Assembly: GCA_965248925.1 (NCBI GenBank)
Contig: CBDFLE010000006.1
Location: 1,792,001 to 1,856,000 of the forward strand
DNA: 64,000 nt
Source: Candidatus Multivoradales bacterium
GTDB lineage: Bacteria > Acidobacteriota > Thermoanaerobaculia > Multivoradales > J023
Direction: 5' to 3'
Shown here: positions 1-10,333 of the stretch, in pieces
Position numbering within the stretch: position 1 is the first letter of the stretch
Layout of the letters: every line of letters starts with the position of its first letter
Notes under the pieces: generated by a model
Databases searched by the model: none
Seen by the model: the letters and a program-made list of their open reading frames with translations, nothing else
Told to the model about the DNA's origin: nothing
Program-made: the position numbers and the translations under genes

Positions 1-176
1 GGATAGAGCTCAAAACCATAGTCCGCCACCCAGGAGAGGAAGCGATCGAGAATTTCGTCCACATCGTCGATCGGCGCCGCCGGCAGACGATCCTTCAACC
101 GAGGCTTGGCACTAGACTTCCGGGTCGAGGCGGCGGGAGACGGGACGGGGCTTGGTTTTTCTTCGTTGGTGATCAC
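1..176 (-). CDS. N-terminus (runs off window) of probable DEAD/DEAH-box helicase, DUF3516-type
   Basis: Read manually from GTG at 176: ...RLKDRLPAAPIDDVDEILDRFLSWVADYGFELYP, resembling the 'FL.W....G.ELYPAQEEA' start of this helicase family; not in the ORF track. Confidence 0.55.
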   Translation of the reverse strand, partial: MITNEEKPSPVPSPAASTRKSSAKPRLKDRLPAAPIDDVDEILDRFLSWVADYGFELY

Positions 177-271
177 CCGGCGATGCTAGCAGGCCCGGCG
201 CAAGCTCGATCATCAGACCCAGTTTCCGATAGGCTCTGGCGGCGGCTACTCCGACCGCCTGACGCTGCGCT

Positions 272-1996
272 ATGAAGATCAAACACCGCACACTCCTACT
301 GGCAATGGCCAGCCTCCTTACCACCTTGGTGCGGGCCGAGAGTGAAGATCGTCCACAAGCTGCTTTCGGCGATCATGTGGAGGTCAACCTGATTAACCTG
401 GAGGTGGTGATCAGCCGCGATGGCGAGCCTGTGCATGGCCTGACGGTCGAGGACTTCATCGTCTTAGACGACGGCCAAGCGGTGGAGATCACCAATTTCT
501 ATGCCATCGAGGAAAGCCGAAGGCGGCTGCCAGTAGATGCCGGTGAAAGCACTGGCGATGCTGCGGAGAACCCTGAGATCGAGCCCTTCGACTTGGTGAT
601 CCTGGTGGACGATCGCTTCCTCACCAGTCGCAGCCGCGGCCTTCTCCTGGGCTTGGTGAGTGAGCAGCTCGATTCTCTTCTGGCCGCCGGTGCCAGGATT
701 CTGGTGGCCCGGCAGGATCGTGGCGTGATCGTCGAACAACCCTTGACCGCCGACCGCGCGGCCCTGGCCAGCACTCTCGACCGTCTAGCCAAAAGTCCCG
801 GCAGCCTGGCTCTGGGGCGCGCCGCCGGGCGCTCGTTGCAAATCCAAATACGCAACGGACCGCTGCCCAGCGTCAACACGGTGGACGCTTCCGGGCGCGC
901 CGACATGGTCGAGCACCTTGCGGCGGTGCTGTGGGGGCAGATCCTCGGTCACATTCAAGAGGTACGGGTCGAGGTCAGCCGTTCGAACCGTTCGCTGGAA
1001 CGTTTCCTCGGCTCGATGGCCGGCCTGCCGCGGCGCAAAGCCATGCTCTATCTCTGCGATCAGCTGCCGGTTCGACCTGGCGAACAGCTGGTCGAAGAAT
1101 GGTGGACCAAGTACGGCCAGGCTTTTGGACTGTCTAACAACGTGCACTCCCCCGAGGAAGTGCTGCAACGCGTCGACGCCGGCATTGAGTTCGCTCAACT
1201 AGCCGCCAGTGCCAGCGCGGCACGGGTGGCCCTCTATTCCATGGGCGACTTGCCCAGTCTGGCGGGCGGTTCGGGTGTCGAACTCAGCTCCGCCTCTCGA
1301 CGCGGCCGAGGAGGTTTTGGCCCCTTGGCCGCTGACGCTGCGGGTCTCGGGCTGCTGGCCAGCACCAGCGGCGGTCGTCGCAGCCACAGCTTGGGCCTCG
1401 GAGCCGAGTTGCTCGGCCAGCTGCAGCATGATCTTTCGAGTTACTACTCCCTGGCCTATCCGTCGCCCCACGGCGGCGACGATGGCAACCACCACGTCGA
1501 GATCAAGCTGCGCGATGCGGATCTTCGCCTCCATCACCTGGCCAACTACCACGACAAGAATGCCCAGCAGCAGATGCGCGATCGCACCCTGGCGGCGCTT
1601 TATTTTGCCAACACTGAGAATCGGCTCGAGGCACGGGTAGAGATAGACAGCATCGAAGAGACCGAGAAAGATCGCTTCGCGGTGTCGATCACCGTCCTTT
1701 GGCCGTTGGCCAATCTGGTGCTGCTGCCCCGCGGTGGGAGCCATTTCGGCCGACTGTCGATCCTCATCATGGCCCGCGATGAGAGCGGCAGGATTTCTGA
1801 CCCCGCGACTTTCGAGGTGCCGATCGAAATCCCTAACCCACAGCTGCTGGCGGCGATGGCCAACGATGCCTCGTTCACCACCCGCCTGGTGATGCGCGGC
1901 GGCGAACAGGTCTTGGTGGTGGGCATCCGTGACGACGTTGGCGGCGAAAACTCAAGCCTGCGCCTGCCGCTGCGGGTCGGCAAGCGGCGGCGATGA
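272..1996 (+). CDS. Secreted VWA-domain protein (acidobacterial VWFA-related type)
   Basis: Signal peptide; 'VEVNLINLEVV...G.PV.GLT.EDF.V.DDG..VEITNF' N-terminus; 'LA..SGG' and 'SYYSLAY' motifs. Confidence 0.85.
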   Translation: MKIKHRTLLLAMASLLTTLVRAESEDRPQAAFGDHVEVNLINLEVVISRDGEPVHGLTVEDFIVLDDGQAVEITNFYAIEESRRRLPVDAGESTGDAAENPEIEPFDLVILVDDRFLTSRSRGLLLGLVSEQLDSLLAAGARILVARQDRGVIVEQPLTADRAALASTLDRLAKSPGSLALGRAAGRSLQIQIRNGPLPSVNTVDASGRADMVEHLAAVLWGQILGHIQEVRVEVSRSNRSLERFLGSMAGLPRRKAMLYLCDQLPVRPGEQLVEEWWTKYGQAFGLSNNVHSPEEVLQRVDAGIEFAQLAASASAARVALYSMGDLPSLAGGSGVELSSASRRGRGGFGPLAADAAGLGLLASTSGGRRSHSLGLGAELLGQLQHDLSSYYSLAYPSPHGGDDGNHHVEIKLRDADLRLHHLANYHDKNAQQQMRDRTLAALYFANTENRLEARVEIDSIEETEKDRFAVSITVLWPLANLVLLPRGGSHFGRLSILIMARDESGRISDPATFEVPIEIPNPQLLAAMANDASFTTRLVMRGGEQVLVVGIRDDVGGENSSLRLPLRVGKRRR

Positions 1997-2003
1997 AGAG
2001 GTG

Positions 2004-4067
2004 ATGAGAATCCGGCTCAAGCTCCGGGGCGTCTCCCTCGTCAGCGGCGCTCTCCTGCTCGCCATGCTGCCGGGGTGGCTGGCAGTCGAAGCGCAGGAGC
2101 CACGAGCCAAGCCGTTGATCGGCCTCAAAGGAGAGGTGGCGAGTTTGATCCTCGGCGGTCGACCAGGGGGCGCCTTCGGCATCTCGGCGGTGGCCCTGCC
2201 ATCACTCACCAAATCGGGCAGCGCCGAACTCTGGCTGGAGATCAACGGCGCGGAGCTACTCGCCGCGGCAAGCGGCGAGATGCAACCGAGCGCTAGCCTG
2301 AAACTGGAGATCTACGCCTACGCCGTGGACTCCAAGGACCAAGTGCCTGGATATCTTGCAGAGAGCTTCACCATCGATCTGGAGCCGTGGGGCGAGTTCT
2401 TACTCACCACTGGCGTGCGTTTCTCCGGCCATCTCGACGGCCTGGAGCCCGGTAGCTACCGGCTGCGAGTGCTAGTGCGCCTACTCGGCGAGCCGGGGGC
2501 AAGCGCCCTGCGCCAACTCGAACTGCTCATCCCTGATGACGCTGAGCCCCGGCAAGCGCTGGCCCTGTCGCTTCCGGGCAGCGAGGAGGGCTGGCTGAGA
2601 GTCACGGCGAGTGCTCCGCGGGCATTGACCACCGCCAGCATCCCAGCCGCCTTGCCGCTGCTCTATTCCGGTCGCTCGATCGGAGTTGAGCTGCTCACCG
2701 GCGGTACCCACAGCAGCGACACCCACAGCAGCGACGGCGCCACCGCCCGCTTGCTCGCGGCTACCGACCAGGAGCCACGGACGGTCGGCGAAGCAAGGCT
2801 TGCTTGGACCGCCGTCGTTACCCGCAATAAGTTCGGTCAAGTCCGGCAGGCTCGAATCGATTTGCCACCAATAGCTGCCGGCGTCTACTGGTTGGAGATC
2901 GAATTCGACAACGGCACCCGGACCCCAAGACGCCAGGTCATGGTGCTGGCTGGCGACCTCGCCCAACAGGCCAGCAGCTGGCCACTGGCGCTGCGCCTGG
3001 CGACGACGGTCTCTTCCGCCATGCCGCGCCGCGAAGCCACCTCCGGCAGCGGCTCCAGCAAACCCGTTCCTCGGCAACAGCGCCGCTACCAGAAGGCATA
3101 TCTCGAAGTACTCGATTCCCTGGCTAGTGGTGCTAGCAAGCTGGCGGCGGAGCAATTGAGCCTTCTCGAGCAAGCCGCCACCCGGCAACACCAGGGGCAT
3201 TGGGGGCCGCTGGCGGCACAGTTGCAAGAGTTCCACCAACGTCTCGCCCGGCAACACCCCGAAAGCCTGCCGCCGATCTTGCTGCTGCACCTCGACCAGC
3301 ACGCCCGCCATGCCCGCGCTCGGCGTTTTCCCTTCGCCGCCGCCAACCGGCAAATGATCACTCAGTTAGCCCGGCTCTACGCCACTTCCTCGACCAGTGG
3401 CCAAGCGCCGGCGCTGGCCGCGCGAGCACTGGCCGGGCTCGGCATCTACCTGCAAGCAGCCAGCCTCTGGGACCCCGGCGGCGAGCTGCTGAAAGAAGCG
3501 CTGACCCTGGATCCTGAGTGCCCCTCGGCACTGTTGCAACTGGCGATCTTTCACGAGGCCCATGGACGCTATGCCGCGGCCGTGCCCTACCTGCGGCAGC
3601 TGGTGGCCAGCAGCGCCGCTCTCGAACCTCGGGTCAGATTGGCCCTAAGCCTGCGGCGCCTCGGTCGACAGAAGAGGGCCGAGAAGCTGCTGCGGGCGGT
3701 GGTCGATGAGTTCGGTCACGGCAACGATCCCTACCTGGTGATCGCCTATCAGGAGTTGGCCAGGCTATACCTGGGCAGCAGCCGAACCGACGACGCCGGC
3801 AGCTTGTTGGACGCCGCCATCGGCCGCTTGCCGCAAGCTTCTCGACTGCGACTGCAGCGGGCTTTCGTCTTTGAGCAGCAGGGTCGGAGTGCCGAGAGCC
3901 GTGCCTTGTTGGCGACGGTGAGCCCCGCGGCCAGCACCCCCTCGGCGCGCTTTCTTTATAACCGCAGCTGGCAGCAGCAGGCTAGGCAACCGCGGCACCG
4001 ACTGCAACGGGGCGCCCACGCTCGGCTGGCGGTGCTGGCGGCAGCGTTGACCGATGAGACCGACTGA
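2004..4067 (+). CDS. Secreted tetratricopeptide-repeat protein
   Basis: Hydrophobic signal after ATG 2004; C-terminal Ala/Leu helical TPR-like repeats; operonic between two VWA genes. Confidence 0.7.
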   Translation: MRIRLKLRGVSLVSGALLLAMLPGWLAVEAQEPRAKPLIGLKGEVASLILGGRPGGAFGISAVALPSLTKSGSAELWLEINGAELLAAASGEMQPSASLKLEIYAYAVDSKDQVPGYLAESFTIDLEPWGEFLLTTGVRFSGHLDGLEPGSYRLRVLVRLLGEPGASALRQLELLIPDDAEPRQALALSLPGSEEGWLRVTASAPRALTTASIPAALPLLYSGRSIGVELLTGGTHSSDTHSSDGATARLLAATDQEPRTVGEARLAWTAVVTRNKFGQVRQARIDLPPIAAGVYWLEIEFDNGTRTPRRQVMVLAGDLAQQASSWPLALRLATTVSSAMPRREATSGSGSSKPVPRQQRRYQKAYLEVLDSLASGASKLAAEQLSLLEQAATRQHQGHWGPLAAQLQEFHQRLARQHPESLPPILLLHLDQHARHARARRFPFAAANRQMITQLARLYATSSTSGQAPALAARALAGLGIYLQAASLWDPGGELLKEALTLDPECPSALLQLAIFHEAHGRYAAAVPYLRQLVASSAALEPRVRLALSLRRLGRQKRAEKLLRAVVDEFGHGNDPYLVIAYQELARLYLGSSRTDDAGSLLDAAIGRLPQASRLRLQRAFVFEQQGRSAESRALLATVSPAASTPSARFLYNRSWQQQARQPRHRLQRGAHARLAVLAAALTDETD

Positions 4068-5260
4068 TGGCTGGCCGGCGACGCTCTCTGCTCTGCTTGA
4101 TCGCTGGTGTTTGGCTGGCGGCTTCCGCAGCGGCGGTCGATATCTTCGTCAGAAGCCCGCAACAGGGAGTACCCCTGTTCGGCAGCGTCGAGTTGGAGGT
4201 AGAGATCTTGAGCGGCACACCGCTGCAGGAAGTGGTGGTGGAACTCGATGGCGTTCTCGTCGGCCAGCGGTCCGCGCCGCCTTTTCGCTGGACGGTGCAA
4301 CTCGGCGAAGACAATCGCCAGAAAGTGATCACCATCCGCGCACGTTCTACCGCCGGCGAAGTCGCCGAGCGCCGAGTGGTGATCCCTCCCCTCACCGTCG
4401 ACCAAGAGGTCGACCTCGGTCTGCAACAGCTCTATGTCACCGTCGACCGCGGCGGCCGGCGGTTGCTGAGCCTTGATCGCGATGTCTTTCGCCTGTTCGA
4501 CGATGGGCAACGGCAGGAGATCATCACTTTCGAACGGGGCAATGTGCCGCTGAGCGCCATCCTGCTGATCGATTCCAGCTGGAGCATGCGTGGCGCAGCG
4601 CTGGCGACGGCGCTGGCCGGGGCTCGTGCCTTCGTCGCCGGCCTGCACCAGCTCGACCGTGCCAAGGTGATGTTGTTCTCTGATCGGCTGCTCGCCGAAA
4701 CCTCGTTCACCGCCGACCCGGCCGCCATCCGCGGGGCGCTGGTTGGGGCCGTCGCGGCAGGCGGCACAGCCATCAACGACCACTTATTCCAAGCCCTGAG
4801 CCGACTGGAGGTCGAGCAAGGCCGGCGGGTCGTGATCTTGCTCAGCGACGGACTCGATGTCGAAAGCGTGCTCGACACCCAAGACCTGCGCAACGCGGCA
4901 AACTACACCCAAGCGCAGCTGTACTGGATCCGCACCGGCGGCGGTGAGCTGCGACGGGGGCGCAACTACTCTGCTTGGCGCGACGCCGATAGCCACGCCG
5001 CGGAACTCCTGGCGCTGGCAGAAATGGTCCGCGCGAGCGGTGGCCAGATCCTCGATATTGACCGCCTCGAGAACACCAGCGCGGCCTTCAGCGAGATCCT
5101 CGCCGAACTCCGCGAACAGTACGTCTTCGGCTACTACCCGACCGTCGATCGTAACGACGGATCGTGGCACCGGGTGAAAGTCGTCGCCAACAGTCGCGGC
5201 GCCAAAGTTCGTACTCGGGCGGGCTATTTCGACGGCCGGCCACGGCCGGCTCCGCCTTAG
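4067..5260 (+). CDS. VWA-domain protein with N-terminal Ig-like domain
   Basis: MIDAS DxSxS (IDSSWSM), 'GGTAIND', 'LLSDGLD', 'ELREQY..GY.P'; start overlaps upstream stop. Confidence 0.85.
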   Translation: MAGRRRSLLCLIAGVWLAASAAAVDIFVRSPQQGVPLFGSVELEVEILSGTPLQEVVVELDGVLVGQRSAPPFRWTVQLGEDNRQKVITIRARSTAGEVAERRVVIPPLTVDQEVDLGLQQLYVTVDRGGRRLLSLDRDVFRLFDDGQRQEIITFERGNVPLSAILLIDSSWSMRGAALATALAGARAFVAGLHQLDRAKVMLFSDRLLAETSFTADPAAIRGALVGAVAAGGTAINDHLFQALSRLEVEQGRRVVILLSDGLDVESVLDTQDLRNAANYTQAQLYWIRTGGGELRRGRNYSAWRDADSHAAELLALAEMVRASGGQILDIDRLENTSAAFSEILAELREQYVFGYYPTVDRNDGSWHRVKVVANSRGAKVRTRAGYFDGRPRPAPP

Positions 5261-5418
5261 CACATGTAAGCGCCACCAGCGGAGCTGGCAGGCCGCGCCT
5301 ACTCGATCACAGAACCCTGACTACCTCATTCTGCCCCTGCAGTGACCGCTGCCGGCAGCAGACGCCAACAGTAGGGACCTTGGTCGGTAAGGATCAGGAT
5401 CTTCGGCCTTGAGTCGCC

Positions 5419-5790
5419 TCACATCAAGATTGGCAAAGTCCGGACCCGAATCCGCGAAGGCTCCAAGACGACGACCGAGCCTCGGTCGATGTCATTTTCA
5501 ATCGTTTCTAGATTCGCTAGCAGAAGAGCTACTTGACCTGCAGGCCGCCGCTCCGCCCGTCGACGAAACAGCACCACCGAGGGCTTCGAGGTCGCACGCT
5601 GAGCCAGGATCGTTGCGAAATCGGTATCGGCAGAGACCACCGTCCGATCCTCCGCTGCGGCGCGATCGAAGATAGTGGGGTCATCCGCAGCGGCAAGTCC
5701 TAGCTCGCGAACGTGGACAGCATCGTATCCCGCTTCCCGTAGAGCTCGAGCGATCACCGGCGACAAAGCGTTGTCGATCAGAAACTTCAC
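5419..5790 (-). CDS. DUF5615-family PIN-like toxin
   Basis: [11 protein letters not shown]...[13 protein letters not shown]...[11 protein letters not shown]; 4-bp overlap with DUF433 gene. Confidence 0.85.
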   Translation of the reverse strand: MKFLIDNALSPVIARALREAGYDAVHVRELGLAAADDPTIFDRAAAEDRTVVSADTDFATILAQRATSKPSVVLFRRRAERRPAGQVALLLANLETIENDIDRGSVVVLEPSRIRVRTLPILM

Positions 5791-6017
5791 GAGGCCAAGG
5801 CAAGAGGCAACTCGCGCTCCTGGACGGCCTGAGCAGCGAAATACAGGGCTTGGCGGATATCCTCGGACTCAAGATCGGGGTACGCCTCGAGGATCTCTTC
5901 CTCGCTCATCCGGTCAGCAATCATGGCGACGACCGTCGCCACTGGAATCCGCAGACCGCGAATGCAAGGTACTCCGCCCATCTTGTTTGGATCGACCGCA
6001 ATCCGAGTCATGTTCAT
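5787..6017 (-). CDS. DUF433-family antitoxin
   Basis: [19 protein letters not shown]...[17 protein letters not shown] signature. Confidence 0.9.
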   Translation of the reverse strand: MNMTRIAVDPNKMGGVPCIRGLRIPVATVVAMIADRMSEEEILEAYPDLESEDIRQALYFAAQAVQERELPLALAS

Positions 6018-6174
6018 GCTGGCCTCCTTCGTGTCAGCCCGAGTCTAGCAGAGCCCCCAAGCAGCAGTGGGTGCCTACAGGCATCCCATGCAGTGCGAAA
6101 AGACCTTCCTGCTTGGGTCCGGCGCATTGGCCGTATCAGCCATGGGGAAAACACCAACGACTCGCTGTGAAAGT

Positions 6175-8145
6175 TCAACCACAACAAGCACGGCCCTCGC
6201 GATAGAGCAGCAAATGCTGCCGCGCTTGAGACGCCGCCGGGGAATCGCCACGCTGTGCCGCTTGATCGAGCAATTCCTGCTGCATGCGCACGGCTTCCTC
6301 GTGCCGCCCGGCCTGAGCCAGGGCCATGGCCACGGTGAGTCCGTGGGTGAAGGTCGGCGCGGTGTTGAAGACTTTGATCGCCAAGTCGAAGGCACGGGCG
6401 CCATCCCGCAGCGCGAGTTCGGGGCTGGCGGCCAACAATCTGGCCAAGCTGTGCTGCAATTCGAGGTCTTCCGGTAAGGCCACCAGGCCCACCTCCAGCC
6501 GGTCGCGAGCCGCTCCGGGGTTACCGGCAAGCAGCAGCGAGGTGGCAACCCCGCGCCAGCCGGCGCTGTTCTCAGGGTCGCTTTCGGTGACCGCGTGGTA
6601 TTGCTTGGCCGCGGCCGCGAAATGACCCTGCTGCCCGAGTACACCCGCCAGGGCGAAACTCACCCGTGGACTGGCGGGCTCGATGCCCAGCACCTCTCGG
6701 TAGTGCCCGGCGGCTTCCCCGAGCTGCCCTCTGGCCAACGCCAGGTTGCCGAGTTCGAACAGCGCACCCACCCGCTCGGAAGCGGTCAGGGTGACCCCGA
6801 GGCTGCTGGCGAAAGCCCGCTGAGCACCTTCCGCGTTGCCGCTGAGCTGGTACGAAGTAGCCAACCGAACCCAAACCTCACCACTGTCCGCATCGATCTT
6901 GGTCAACTTCTCGAGATCGCCAATAGCGGCGGTGAAACGCTGCTGCGACATCCACAGAGCGGCCCGCTTGAGCAACGCCGCCGGATGTTGGGGATCACTG
7001 ACCAGCACCTGGCTGTAGGCCGCCTCGGCGGCCTCGAAGCGCTGCTGTCGGACCAGCACGTTGCCCAGTTTGATGCCGGCATCGAGCAAGCTCGGATCGA
7101 GTTCGACCGCGGTTTGAAATCGCTTCAGGGCCCGCAGATCGGCACCGCGATCGACCAGCAAGCCGCCGAGAACATATTGCACGCGAGCGTTCTCGCGCCG
7201 TTGCTCAGGGCTCTCGGACGTGCCCCGCAGTCGCAATACCTCGGCCAGCTTCTCTACCGCCCCCTCGACCCCACTCAGCTGAGTGAGGGCGAAACCGAGA
7301 AAATCCACATCCGAAAACTGATCACTGCTGTCCCGCGCCAGAGCTTGCAGAACCTCGAAAGCAGTGCCGGTCTTAAGCCAAGCCACGGCGTTGCCCAGAG
7401 GGTCTTCATAGGGCACATCGACCGGGCCCCGTTGCGCCAGCTCGGCTCGCGCGCGGTCGATGTCACCCAGACGACGGTAGGCTTGACCCAGCGGGTAGTG
7501 AACGAGGGAAGCCTCCGGAGCCAACTCCAGAACCGCCTCGAAATGCTCCACCGCGGCTGCGTGTTCGCCTGCCTTGGCGGCCAATTTGCCGAGTCCAAAG
7601 CGGCCCGCCGCCCGCGAATCGTCGAGCCCGGCGGCCTGTTCGAAAACCACGGCAGCTGCCTCGGCCTGGCCAAGATCGGCCAAAGCCCGCCCCAACCGCA
7701 CCAGCGTCGCGGAGTCGTCGGGCGAGGTCTTGAGCACTTGGCGATAGTGGCTAACTGCAATATCCAGCTGGCCGGCGGCTTGCTCGATAATGCCGACAAA
7801 GTAGGTCCACCGTGGGTCGCCAGGCACCAGCTCAAGGGCGTTGGCAAAGCAAGCGCCAGCAGCCTCGAAATAGTCGTAGGCCAAGTAATACTGCCCCAGA
7901 CGGCCATAGCCTTCAGCCAACTCCGGGCGGGTCAGATCATTCACCGTTGTCGCCTGCTCGACCTGCTGCCGCAGACCTTCGACCCGCTGCCGAATCCCTG
8001 GCTCGATGCCGCTCAGGTCCGGCACCGGCAGGGGCTCGAGCCGCTCTGCCGGCAGCGACCAGAGCAGCGCTGGCGCACCCAGCAGCTGAACGCAGGCGAG
8101 GAGGAATACCACCGGCCCTGGCGCCAGAGTCCAGCGGCGAATCAT
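6175..8145 (-). CDS. Tetratricopeptide-repeat protein
   Basis: Many TPR motifs, signal-like N-terminus from ATG 8145, which overlaps the stop of the CRTAC1 gene. Confidence 0.8.
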   Translation of the reverse strand: MIRRWTLAPGPVVFLLACVQLLGAPALLWSLPAERLEPLPVPDLSGIEPGIRQRVEGLRQQVEQATTVNDLTRPELAEGYGRLGQYYLAYDYFEAAGACFANALELVPGDPRWTYFVGIIEQAAGQLDIAVSHYRQVLKTSPDDSATLVRLGRALADLGQAEAAAVVFEQAAGLDDSRAAGRFGLGKLAAKAGEHAAAVEHFEAVLELAPEASLVHYPLGQAYRRLGDIDRARAELAQRGPVDVPYEDPLGNAVAWLKTGTAFEVLQALARDSSDQFSDVDFLGFALTQLSGVEGAVEKLAEVLRLRGTSESPEQRRENARVQYVLGGLLVDRGADLRALKRFQTAVELDPSLLDAGIKLGNVLVRQQRFEAAEAAYSQVLVSDPQHPAALLKRAALWMSQQRFTAAIGDLEKLTKIDADSGEVWVRLATSYQLSGNAEGAQRAFASSLGVTLTASERVGALFELGNLALARGQLGEAAGHYREVLGIEPASPRVSFALAGVLGQQGHFAAAAKQYHAVTESDPENSAGWRGVATSLLLAGNPGAARDRLEVGLVALPEDLELQHSLARLLAASPELALRDGARAFDLAIKVFNTAPTFTHGLTVAMALAQAGRHEEAVRMQQELLDQAAQRGDSPAASQARQHLLLYREGRACCG

Positions 8146-9938
8146 CGCTTCACCTCCTCGGCCGGAGCCTTGCCCTGCCCCTCGACCAAGGTGGTGTAGC
8201 GGCCGACCGCCAGGCCGCTCCAGGTTTCCACCCGACCGCCGGGCCAACGCACGGTCAGCTTGCCGATGACGCTCGAGTCGCCCAAGCCAAAAACCACTCG
8301 CGGATCGCTCGATGAGGCGAAGCTGCCATCCACCCGCACCCGCCGCCACAAGGTCGGCTTGCCGGGCCGCTCGAGCCCCACGCGAGCCCCCAAGGCATCG
8401 CGGCCGTGACTCAGCAGGCGGATACCGAACCACTGTCGGTTGTGGCCGATCTGGTTGATCAGCAAGCGCACCGGCCCCGAGTTGTTGCTCATCAAGACAT
8501 CGATATCGCCATCGTTGTCGATATCGCCAAAGGCAGCACCGCGACTTACCTCGGAGAGTTCAAACGGCGGTCCTCCCTCGGCGGTGGTCTCGACAAAACG
8601 GCCGCCGCCGAGATTGCGGAATAGCTGGTTGCGCTGATGGAAGGGAAATGGATCTCCAGCCCGCACCAAGGCCTCGACCGAGCGGACGGCGCCGTTGACC
8701 ACCAGCAGGTCGAGCCAGCCATCGTTGTCGTAGTCAATACCAGCGGTGCCCCAGCTGGTGTAGGTCCAGCTCGGCAAACCCAATCCGCTCTGCTGAGTCA
8801 CGTCTTCGAACAAGCCATCCCCCTCGTTGCGATAGAGAGTGTTGGTCTCTGCGGCCAAGTGGGTCATGAACAGGTCGAGATCGCCATCGCCATCGAAATC
8901 CTGGGCATCGACGCCCATCGAGGCCTCCGGCCGGCCATCGGCATTGACCGCCGTGCCGGCGAGTAGCGACTCGTCGCGGAAGGTGCCATCGGCCTGCTGC
9001 AACCACATCTGATTCGGGCTGCCGTCGTTGGTGATGTAGAGGTCGGGCCGACCATCGTCGTCGAGATCAGCCACCACCACGCCGAGGGACTTGGACGACT
9101 GGGCGCCAATCCGGCTACGCAGCGAGCGGTCGGCGAAGGTACCGTCGCCACGATTGACGAACAAACGATCGCTGATGCCGTTGAACGAATTCGGGCCGCA
9201 GAAGTCGCGGGCGCCGGTGGCGGCGCGGCAGATCTTGTTGTTGTCGTAGGCGAAGTCGAGATAGCCGCCGACATAGAGGTCGAGCCAGCCGTCTCCCTGG
9301 GCATCGAACCAAGCCGCCGGCACGCTCCAGCGTGGATCGTCGACCCCGGCAGCGGCGGTGACGTCAGCGAACTGGCCGTTGCCCAGGTTGCGCCACAGCT
9401 GATTCGATCCGAATTGACTCAAGTAGAGGTCGACCCAGCCATCGTTGTCGTAGTCCGCCGCGAAGACGCCAAAACCATAGCCGCTGGCCGCCAGCTTGCT
9501 GGCGGCAGTTACATCGACAAAATGCAGCCGTGGGCGGCCATCAGGTCCGGTCTCAAGGTCATTTCGGTAGAGCCGATCGGTTAGCGGCAAGGCCGCGGCC
9601 GGCGGTTCGCCAGCCTGCTCACCCAGCCGGCTGCCTTGCACCAGATAGACATCGAGATCGCCATCGTTGTCGTAGTCGAACAGACCGCAGCCCGGGCTGT
9701 TGATCTCCAGCATGTAGAACTGGCCGGAGCGGCCGTTGAAATGGGTGAAATCGAGCCCGCTGTGGGCCGCTCGGTCGACAAAGACCGGCTCGCCCGGAGC
9801 GATCGGCGTCGGCTCCGCGGCCGCTGCCGAAAGAGTCCCCGGCAGACTGACCAGCCAGCAGAACACAGCCAAGCCCTGCAAACACAAGAGTTGCGCGCTT
9901 GGGACCCGGCACGGGAATGCGAACGCAGGATCGGACAT
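8142..9938 (-). CDS. CRTAC1-family protein (FG-GAP/VCBS repeats + ASPIC/UnbV domain)
   Basis: Repeated DYDNDG.LD motifs, 'SRGAAFGDIDNDGDID', C-terminal 'RDALGARV...FGLG...VRWPGG'; start uncertain (9938 or 9950). Confidence 0.88.
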   Translation of the reverse strand: MSDPAFAFPCRVPSAQLLCLQGLAVFCWLVSLPGTLSAAAAEPTPIAPGEPVFVDRAAHSGLDFTHFNGRSGQFYMLEINSPGCGLFDYDNDGDLDVYLVQGSRLGEQAGEPPAAALPLTDRLYRNDLETGPDGRPRLHFVDVTAASKLAASGYGFGVFAADYDNDGWVDLYLSQFGSNQLWRNLGNGQFADVTAAAGVDDPRWSVPAAWFDAQGDGWLDLYVGGYLDFAYDNNKICRAATGARDFCGPNSFNGISDRLFVNRGDGTFADRSLRSRIGAQSSKSLGVVVADLDDDGRPDLYITNDGSPNQMWLQQADGTFRDESLLAGTAVNADGRPEASMGVDAQDFDGDGDLDLFMTHLAAETNTLYRNEGDGLFEDVTQQSGLGLPSWTYTSWGTAGIDYDNDGWLDLLVVNGAVRSVEALVRAGDPFPFHQRNQLFRNLGGGRFVETTAEGGPPFELSEVSRGAAFGDIDNDGDIDVLMSNNSGPVRLLINQIGHNRQWFGIRLLSHGRDALGARVGLERPGKPTLWRRVRVDGSFASSSDPRVVFGLGDSSVIGKLTVRWPGGRVETWSGLAVGRYTTLVEGQGKAPAEEVKR

Positions 9939-10218
9939 GGGGTGACGCATCCTCCAGGAAACTCTGCTCGGGGTGGCGGGTGGCGGACCCATCCGACGGC
10001 TGAGCGGCGGATGCCGCATTGGGGCAGGCCGCAGCGAACCTCTGACCGGCAAATCCTAACATGGCGCCCTCACCGGCTAGCCCGATCCAAGATTCCGCCG
10101 AGGTATTCAAATTTTTGGTGGTTCCCTGCTTCCTCCGGTCTTGCTCACTCATCGCCGCGGCCGTGCTATCTTCAAGCACTGCAACGACTAAGGGCCACCG
10201 CTGCAGACCGCTAGCGAG

Positions 10219-10234
10219 TGGCACGGAACCTGCT
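10219..10234 (+). promoter_or_regulatory. Putative sigma-54 (-24/-12) promoter of TonB-dependent receptor
   Basis: TGGCACGGAACCTGCT fits TGGCAC-N5-(T/C)TGC with GG-N10-GC spacing, about 100 nt upstream of the ATG. Confidence 0.6.
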
Positions 10235-10333
10235 GTGTTGAGCAGCGTGGACCAAAACTAACCTACAGACTTCGGCACCACCTGAGGTAGAGCGTTCCAG
10301 CCTCCTCAGCACCTGCACCAAAAGGAGAATTTC

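Noticed and set aside
6595-8199. Long antisense ORFs (e.g. 6595-8199, 17359-18645, 20852-22264, 29284-30672, 35206-36537, 41437-42681, 46025-47056)
   Set aside because: Shadow frames opposite well-identified genes, expected in GC-rich DNA with strong codon bias; no recognisable motifs
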